DNA from: Alphaproteobacteria bacterium
GTDB lineage: Bacteria > Pseudomonadota > Alphaproteobacteria > UBA2966
Assembly (NCBI GenBank): GCA_964291395.2
Contig: OZ219856.1
Span: 2,016,001 to 2,080,000, forward strand
Reading direction: 5' to 3'
Length of the DNA stretch: 64,000 nt
Below the pieces are notes generated by a model. That model worked only from the letters and a program-made list of their open reading frames with translations, was not told the DNA's origin and did not search any database. This document shows, one piece after another, positions 57,678-64,000 of this stretch (the stretch's first letter is position 1; every line of letters begins with the position of its first letter). The translations under genes were made by a program, and so were the position numbers.

Positions 57678-59084
57678 ATGGCGCGGCGTTCTTCCCGCTA
57701 CGTGTGTCAGGAATGCGGCGCGATCGCTGCGAAATGGAGCGGTCGTTGTGATTCCTGCGGCGCCTGGAACTCCATCACCGAAGAAAACGAGCCCGTTTCT
57801 CCGCCCGGCGCCATCGTCTCGGCGCAGGGACGGCGGTTTGAATTTGACACCCTCGATGGAGCCGCCAAGTCGATCGAACGAGCGGTCGTCGGCATTCCCG
57901 AATTCGATCGTGTCTGCGGCGGCGGCCTCGTACCGGGATCTGTCCTGCTCGTCGGTGGCGATCCTGGAATCGGCAAGTCAACCTTGCTGCTTCAGGTCGT
58001 CGCGGCTCTCGGAAAGCTCGGCGTCCCATGCGCCTATTTGTCCGGGGAAGAGGCGGTCGATCAGGTCCGCATAAGAGCGCGCAGGCTGGCGTTGTCGGAC
58101 TCACCGGTTAAGCTCGCCGCGGCCACCGACGTTCGCGGCATCCTCGCGACCCTCGAGGCCGAGGGCCCGGTCCAAGTCATCGTGGTGGACTCCGTGCAGA
58201 CGATGTTCGTCGACTCCCTCGAGTCGGCACCCGGCACGGTGGCTCAGGTGCGCGCGGCAGCCCAATCGTTCATCGGTTTCGCCAAGAAAACAGGATCGGT
58301 CGTTGTGTTGGTCGGCCATGTGACCAAGGAGGGACAGATTGCCGGTCCCCGCGTGCTTGAACATATGGTCGACACCGTCCTGTACTTCGAAGGAGAACGC
58401 GGACACCAATTTCGCATCCTTCGAGCGGTCAAGAACCGGTTCGGTCCGACAGACGAAATCGGCGTGTTCGAAATGACGGACTCGGGCCTGGCGGAAGTCA
58501 CCAATCCCTCGGCACTCTTTCTGACGGAACGGTCATCGGCAATCAGCGGGACCGCGGTCTATGCCGGAATCGAAGGAACCCGGCCCGTGCTGGTGGAGAT
58601 CCAGGCGCTCGTGTCCCCTTCCGTCCTCGCCACTCCACGTCGGGCCGTCGTGGGCTGGGACACCTCCCGACTGGCGATGATCGTCGCAGTGCTCGAGGCA
58701 CGCTGCGGCCTGTCGCTGTTCGGCAATGATATCTATCTGAATGTCGCAGGCGGCCTCAGGATCGGTGAACCGGGTGCAGACCTTGCCGTCGCCGGCGCCT
58801 TGGTGTCATCACACACGGGGATTTCGGTGCCGGAAGCCACCGTATTTTTCGGGGAGATCGGATTGTCCGGTGATGTGCGGCCGGTGAGCCAAGCTGACAA
58901 TCGATTGTCGGAGGCCGCCAAACTCGGATTCTCACGTGCCGTGGCCCCTCCCGGTAAGGGACGGAAATCGCACGATATTCGGATAACCCAGATTGAACAA
59001 TTGAACGAGTTGGTGGCTATGCTGCAGCCCCCGTCGACGAGCGCAGCCGCGGAATCAGGATCCATCCGGCGTCAACATGGCTGA
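57678..59084 (+). CDS. radA: DNA repair protein RadA/Sms
   Basis: C4 zinc finger, GDPGIGKST, GHVTKEG, KNRFG. Confidence 0.98.
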   Translation: MARRSSRYVCQECGAIAAKWSGRCDSCGAWNSITEENEPVSPPGAIVSAQGRRFEFDTLDGAAKSIERAVVGIPEFDRVCGGGLVPGSVLLVGGDPGIGKSTLLLQVVAALGKLGVPCAYLSGEEAVDQVRIRARRLALSDSPVKLAAATDVRGILATLEAEGPVQVIVVDSVQTMFVDSLESAPGTVAQVRAAAQSFIGFAKKTGSVVVLVGHVTKEGQIAGPRVLEHMVDTVLYFEGERGHQFRILRAVKNRFGPTDEIGVFEMTDSGLAEVTNPSALFLTERSSAISGTAVYAGIEGTRPVLVEIQALVSPSVLATPRRAVVGWDTSRLAMIVAVLEARCGLSLFGNDIYLNVAGGLRIGEPGADLAVAGALVSSHTGISVPEATVFFGEIGLSGDVRPVSQADNRLSEAAKLGFSRAVAPPGKGRKSHDIRITQIEQLNELVAMLQPPSTSAAAESGSIRRQHG

Positions 59085-59607
59085 TCTTCCGTTTACCGTT
59101 GCCGACGTCGGTGTACTGATCGTGTTGATCATTTCGGCACTTCTGGCGTTTGCCCGCGGTTTCATCAAGGAAACGCTCTCGGTCGTCGGCTGGGTCGGTG
59201 CGATCTTCGCCGTGCTCTACATTTTCCCGGTGCTACAGCCCTTCGCCCGCGATTTGATTCCGCTAAATATTCTGGCGGACGCCGTAACGGGGAGCGTGAT
59301 TTTCCTGGTGGCGCTCGTCACCATCTCGATCGTCAGCTATGCGATCACTAAACGAGTGCGAGAAAGCTCGCTCAACGCGATTGACCGCTCGCTCGGATTT
59401 CTTTTCGGACTTTTGAGAGGCGCCGTCGTCATCTGCATCGCCTACTTGGTGCTCGTGCAACTCGTGCCCGTCGCCGAACGTCCAATCTGGATTCAAGAGG
59501 CGAGAAGCCGCCCGTCGGTCGAAATTGGCGCGAATCTTCTCATCAAGCTCGTACCCGAAACCGGCTGGGCCTTCAGTAAGGGTACATCAGAAGACGACGA
59601 GGAGTGA
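59077..59607 (+). CDS. cvpA: CvpA family membrane protein
   Basis: RGFIKE, DRSLGFLFGLLRG; radA-cvpA-purF synteny. Confidence 0.95.
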   Translation: MADLPFTVADVGVLIVLIISALLAFARGFIKETLSVVGWVGAIFAVLYIFPVLQPFARDLIPLNILADAVTGSVIFLVALVTISIVSYAITKRVRESSLNAIDRSLGFLFGLLRGAVVICIAYLVLVQLVPVAERPIWIQEARSRPSVEIGANLLIKLVPETGWAFSKGTSEDDEE

Positions 59608-59762
59608 GCCGTGCGGCCGACGGTGCAGCCGCCTTCGGACAGGATTTCGAGATTGACATGGATTCGTTCGGGACTCTTCGCCCGAATCCAGGTACAAGGA
59701 GCCGCGCAGCTGCTTGGGATGTCCACCAGCGACCGTATGTTCTTCAAGCTTTCAGTAGGCTG

Positions 59763-61229
59763 ATGGCCGGGTTCGTCCGTCCCGCACACCCGGAAGGCGA
59801 CAGTCGACCCCGCGATGGCTGCGGCGTATTCGCCGTGTTCGGACACGTCGATGCATCGGCGCACACGGCTCTGGGCCTTCACGCCCTTCAGCACCGCGGA
59901 CAGGAGTCGGCGGGAATCGTCAGCTACGACAATGGGCACTTCAATACCCACCGGAGCCTGGGCCTCGTCGGAGATATATTTTCGTCTCCGAACGTCATGG
60001 ATCGGCTGACCGGAAATGCGGCCGTTGGACACGTCAGGTACTCCACTACCGGGGGCACCGTTCTGAGAAACGTGCAACCACTATTCGCCGAATTTTCATT
60101 CGGCGGACTGGCCATCGCGCACAACGGCAACTTCACGAATGGATACAGCCTGCGGCGCGAACTGGTAAAGCGCGGCAGCATCTTTCAATCGACCACTGAC
60201 ACCGAGGTCCTGATCCACCTGATGGCGACGAGTTCCTACCATGCTGTTGAAGATCGGATGATCGATGCCCTCAGGCAGATCGAAGGCGCATACTCGATAG
60301 TCGCTTTGACCAACGACACGGTGTTCGGCGTGCGCGACCCGCTTGGGGTCCGGCCCTTGGTCATCGGAGTGCTCGATGACTCTGCCGTCCTCGCGTCGGA
60401 AACCTGTGCGCTAGACATCATCGGCGCGGAGTTCGTCCGCGATGTGCGGCCGGGCGAGCTGGTCGTCATAGACGCGGAGGGGCTGCACAGCGTTTCGCCC
60501 TTTCCGGCCGCGCGACACCGATTTTGCGTGTTCGAGTACATCTATTTTGCTCGCCCGGACTCAGTGGTCGAAGGCGCCGGTGTTTACGAGATTCGAAAGC
60601 GCATCGGCGCGGAATTGGCCCGCGAGGCACCGGTGGCAGCGGACGTCGTCGTTCCCGTACCGGATTCCGGCACACCGGCGGCGATGGGTTACGCCTCCGA
60701 AGCCCATATTGCGTTCGATCTGGGGATCACCCGGAACCATTACATTGGCCGAACCTTCATTGAACCGACGGATCAGATTCGGCACCTCGGCGTCCGGTTG
60801 AAGCACAACGCCAACCGGGCGAGCATCGCGGGACGGCGGATCGTTTTGGTGGACGACTCCATCGTCCGGGGTACGACATCCACAAAAATCGTCGAGATGA
60901 TGCGGGAAGCCGGCGCCGCTGAAGTACATATGCGGATCGCGAGCCCGCCGATCGCGGACTCCTGCTACTACGGAGTAGATACGCCGGAGAAGGAAAAGCT
61001 TCTGGCGTCGCGCCTCGATGTCGAAGAGATCGCCACCGCTATCGGCGTGGACAGTCTCGCCTACCTGTCGATCGACGGCCTTTACCGGGCTACCGCAGGG
61101 ACGGACCGCAATGACGAGGCGCCGCAGTTCTGCGATGCCTGTCTCAGCGGCGACTACCCGATCCGCCTCATGGACCAAGAAGACGGCGACATTCCCGCCC
61201 AATTGTCGCTGCTCATGGAACAGGTTTAG
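59763..61229 (+). CDS. purF: Amidophosphoribosyltransferase (start uncertain, 59604-59763)
   Basis: CGVF N-terminal nucleophile after a propeptide, LQHRGQE, GHVRYST, VDDSIVRGTT, FCDAC. Confidence 0.97.
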   Translation: MAGFVRPAHPEGDSRPRDGCGVFAVFGHVDASAHTALGLHALQHRGQESAGIVSYDNGHFNTHRSLGLVGDIFSSPNVMDRLTGNAAVGHVRYSTTGGTVLRNVQPLFAEFSFGGLAIAHNGNFTNGYSLRRELVKRGSIFQSTTDTEVLIHLMATSSYHAVEDRMIDALRQIEGAYSIVALTNDTVFGVRDPLGVRPLVIGVLDDSAVLASETCALDIIGAEFVRDVRPGELVVIDAEGLHSVSPFPAARHRFCVFEYIYFARPDSVVEGAGVYEIRKRIGAELAREAPVAADVVVPVPDSGTPAAMGYASEAHIAFDLGITRNHYIGRTFIEPTDQIRHLGVRLKHNANRASIAGRRIVLVDDSIVRGTTSTKIVEMMREAGAAEVHMRIASPPIADSCYYGVDTPEKEKLLASRLDVEEIATAIGVDSLAYLSIDGLYRATAGTDRNDEAPQFCDACLSGDYPIRLMDQEDGDIPAQLSLLMEQV

Positions 61230-61230
61230 G

Positions 61231-61941
61231 CTGTCGACCCGACGTCTGGTAGATAGAACCGCCCTGATTACCGGCGCTTCCCGGGGAATCGGCGCGGCCG
61301 TCGCCGAGCGGTTCGCCGTCGAAGGGGCGCATGTCGTTCTCGTTGCCCGCACGTCAGGCGGCTTGGAGGAAGTCGACGATCGTATCCGGACAACGGGCGG
61401 TTCCGCGACCTTGGTGCCCGTCGATCTGACGGATTTCGGCGCGATCGACAATCTCGGGGCGGCCGTCGCCGAACGTTGGGGGCATCTCGACATTCTGGTC
61501 GGGAATGCCGCGACGCTCGGTGTGCTCAGCCCCATGGGCCATTTCTCTCACGACCTTTGGGAAACCGTGTTCGCCCTCAACGTCACGGCAAACTGGCGCC
61601 TCATAAGGTCGTTCGACGCACTGCTCCGAAACTCCGACGCCGGCCGCGTCATCTTTGTCACATCGGGCGCCGCAAGCGCAGCGTTACCGTATTGGGGGGC
61701 TTATTCGGCCAGCAAGGCCGCCCTCGAATCGCTGGCCAAGGTCTACGCCGCAGAAGTCGCCAAGACCAACGTCCGCGCCAACCTGCTCGATCCCGGCGTC
61801 GTGAGGACCCAGATGCGCGCCCAGGCGTTTCCAGGAGAAGATCCGAACACCCTCAAGCCGCCCCAGGACATCACGGAATATTTCGTCGAGCTCGCGGAAA
61901 CCGCTTGCCGTCGAAACGGAGAGGTTGTCCGTGCCTACTGA
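61231..61941 (+). CDS. SDR oxidoreductase (YciK-like); start uncertain, possibly CTG
   Basis: ITGASRGIG, YSASK, RTQMRAQAFPGED; usual purF neighbour. Confidence 0.88.
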   Translation: MSTRRLVDRTALITGASRGIGAAVAERFAVEGAHVVLVARTSGGLEEVDDRIRTTGGSATLVPVDLTDFGAIDNLGAAVAERWGHLDILVGNAATLGVLSPMGHFSHDLWETVFALNVTANWRLIRSFDALLRNSDAGRVIFVTSGAASAALPYWGAYSASKAALESLAKVYAAEVAKTNVRANLLDPGVVRTQMRAQAFPGEDPNTLKPPQDITEYFVELAETACRRNGEVVRAY

Positions 61942-61948
61942 TCCACGG

Positions 61949-63331
61949 TCAGGAACCCCGCTCCCCGCGCCGCCGCCGACCCTTCTCTGCGTACGGGTTC
62001 GGCCCCTTTCGCAGCCGCATCCGTATGGGCGTACCCGGCAGATCGAAAGTGGCTCGCAGCTCATTCTCCAGATAGCGCAGATACGTCTCGCCCACCGCCT
62101 CCGGGCGACTCACGAACAGTACGAAGGTGGGAGGACGGGCCTTCGCCTGAGTGACGTAGCGAAAGCGTGGCCTGTGTCTTCTGACGGCCGGCGGCGGGTG
62201 ATGATCCACGGTCTCGTTCAGCCATCGATTGAGCGGGCCGGTCATGACCCGTCTGTTCCACACCTCGTGGACGGAGAATACGGCGGGCAACAGGTTCTCC
62301 AAGCGTTTGCCAGTGAGCGCGGACACGGGAACAATTTCTATGCCCTTGGCCTGCGGGAGGGAGTCGCCTAGCCGTTCCCGCAGGCGCGCCATGGTGCCCC
62401 GGCCATCGTCCACAAGATCCCACTTGTTGACGACGATCAGCGATGCTCGGCCTTCTTCCACAGCCATCGACGCGATACCGAGGTCCTGCTTCTCCATTCC
62501 GATGGCGCCATCCACGACGACGGCGACGACCTCAGCCAGGCGGATCGCGTTCAAGGTGTCGTTCACGGACAACCGCTCCAGCCGATCCGTCACGCGCGCG
62601 CGGCGGCGGAGACCGGCGGTATCCACCAACTCGATCTCTCGTCCGTCCGCCTCCAGCCTGACCGCGACCGCATCCCGCGTGATCCCCGGCTCCGGCCCAG
62701 TCAACAGGCGATCGGCCCCCATGAGACGGTTTACCAGTGTCGACTTGCCAACGTTCGGGCGGCCGACAATGGCCAGTTTGAGAGGCCCCGCGTCCGAAGG
62801 AGAGTCGGCCTCCGCATCGGTATCGCTCGTGGCACTCAATGTTACAGCCTCGCCTATCCGGTCATGCAGATCGGTCATCCCGTCGGCGTGTTCCGCCGAG
62901 ATTGCGACGGGTTCCCCGAGTCCCAACGAATAGGCGTCGTAAAAGCCCGTCTCGCCCGCCTTGCCCTCACATTTGTTGGCAACGAGGATCACGCGACCTC
63001 GGTGACGACGCAGTAGATCGGCGAAATGTCGGTCGACTGGCGTAACCCCTGCGCGAGCATCGATCAGCATCAATACGACATTCGCCTCGTCGACCGCCCG
63101 CTCCGTCTGCCGCCACATCCGGGCCTCCAGGCTGGCGCCCTTGCCCTCTTCCAGGCCCGCCGTATCGATGACCTTGAATTTCCAGGAGCCGAGCCGTGCC
63201 TCTCCTTCCCGGCGATCACGCGTAACGCCCGGCGTATCATCGACGATCGCCAGGCGCTTACCCACGAGTCGATTGAAGAGAGTCGATTTTCCTACGTTTG
63301 GACGGCCAACGATGGCCAGCGTGGTGCTCAT
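61949..63331 (-). CDS. der: Ribosome biogenesis GTPase Der (EngA)
   Basis: Two GRPNVGKST / DTAG / NKxD GTPase domains plus a KH-like C-terminus. Confidence 0.98.
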   Translation of the reverse strand: MSTTLAIVGRPNVGKSTLFNRLVGKRLAIVDDTPGVTRDRREGEARLGSWKFKVIDTAGLEEGKGASLEARMWRQTERAVDEANVVLMLIDARAGVTPVDRHFADLLRRHRGRVILVANKCEGKAGETGFYDAYSLGLGEPVAISAEHADGMTDLHDRIGEAVTLSATSDTDAEADSPSDAGPLKLAIVGRPNVGKSTLVNRLMGADRLLTGPEPGITRDAVAVRLEADGREIELVDTAGLRRRARVTDRLERLSVNDTLNAIRLAEVVAVVVDGAIGMEKQDLGIASMAVEEGRASLIVVNKWDLVDDGRGTMARLRERLGDSLPQAKGIEIVPVSALTGKRLENLLPAVFSVHEVWNRRVMTGPLNRWLNETVDHHPPPAVRRHRPRFRYVTQAKARPPTFVLFVSRPEAVGETYLRYLENELRATFDLPGTPIRMRLRKGPNPYAEKGRRRRGERGS

Positions 63332-63334
63332 GAC

Positions 63335-64000
63335 TCACCGGTAGGCGAGAAGGTCCCCGTCGTCCGTCAGAACGTAGATCGTTCCGCCCGCAACAATCGG
63401 CGACAGTGATGCACCGTCGGGAAGCTCTAACTGACCCAGTATATCGCCGCTGTATGGGGAGACGGCGATGCCGTCACCGCGGGACGAGACCACGATCAAG
63501 CGATCGCTTGCCAGAACCGGGCCGCTCCATTCGATAGCCTCCCGCCGACGTTCCTCGTCTTCGTATCTGGGAAGCTGTCGCACCCAGCGGATACGGCCCG
63601 TGTTTCTTACCAGGCAGACGATCTGCGCCTCGGTGGTGACCACAAACACGAAATCCCCAGCCACCCAAGGAGTCTGGAGGCTGGCAATTTCCTGCTCCCA
63701 GAGGCGGGTCCCGCTCCTCAAATCAATGGCGACCATGCCGCCGGCGTGGCCCACGGCAATGACAATATCGCGATCGATAACCGGCGACCCGTTGATATCG
63801 TTGAGCTCGGCGAGGGGCGTCGCGCGACGGGTGCGCGTCAGGGAATCAGCCCAGAGCAACCTGCCGTTCTCAACCCGCAGGGCGATGAGCTCGCCAGAGG
63901 AGTAAGGTGCCACCACGACCCCGCTGCCCACCGCCGGGCTGGCCGCGCCGATTATGCCGGCATCCTCGGCGATTCCGATATGGGTCCAGGCAACGCCGCC
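63335..64000 (-). CDS. PQQ-repeat beta-propeller protein, BamB-like; 5' end beyond the right edge
   Basis: Repeated A.d...G...W propeller motifs; the frame stays open to 64000; upstream of der as in yfgM-bamB-der. Confidence 0.85.
   Translation of the reverse strand, partial: GGVAWTHIGIAEDAGIIGAASPAVGSGVVVAPYSSGELIALRVENGRLLWADSLTRTRRATPLAELNDINGSPVIDRDIVIAVGHAGGMVAIDLRSGTRLWEQEIASLQTPWVAGDFVFVVTTEAQIVCLVRNTGRIRWVRQLPRYEDEERRREAIEWSGPVLASDRLIVVSSRGDGIAVSPYSGDILGQLELPDGASLSPIVAGGTIYVLTDDGDLLAYR

Noticed and set aside
59604-59820. Very long PurF leader as a novel domain
   Set aside because: Most likely an over-extended ORF call; a later ATG (59763) gives a normal short propeptide before Cys.

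Overview
High-GC chromosomal segment of an alphaproteobacterium (Rhodospirillales-like gene orders: rplM-rpsI-argC; fabD-fabG-acpP-fabF-mltG-yicC-gmk; rpsF-rpsR-DUF2232-rplI-cfa-dnaB-alr-radA-cvpA-purF; bamB-like-der). It is probably a marine sponge symbiont (inference from the PKS type). Two accessory blocks lie between the core arms. (1) About 7.2-29.6 kb: a SupA-type PKS (KS-AT-DH-MT-ER-KR-ACP-KS-AT0) with a free ACP and an alpha/beta hydrolase. It is flanked by an NCS2-fold permease fused to a degenerate anti-sigma-kinase (RsbW/SpoIIAB-like) domain, a SulP-STAS permease and a free STAS anti-anti-sigma protein. Both permeases appear to have lost their charged substrate-site residues. The block also holds a Rieske oxygenase, a ThDP enzyme and several gene remnants, including a decayed second ACP-hydrolase copy. 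(2) About 30-44 kb: catabolic genes including a TauD dioxygenase, two enolase-superfamily paralogues, an SDR, an amidase, an Fe-ADH and a three-subunit, thiocyanate-hydrolase-like Co nitrile hydratase with a hybrid pocket. Non-coding signals include tandem NrdR-like boxes upstream of an OmpA-domain lipoprotein and an apparent mlaE-mlaF deletion scar between alr and radA. No rRNA, tRNA or CRISPR array was recognised. All family assignments are from motif recognition by eye; no searches were run.
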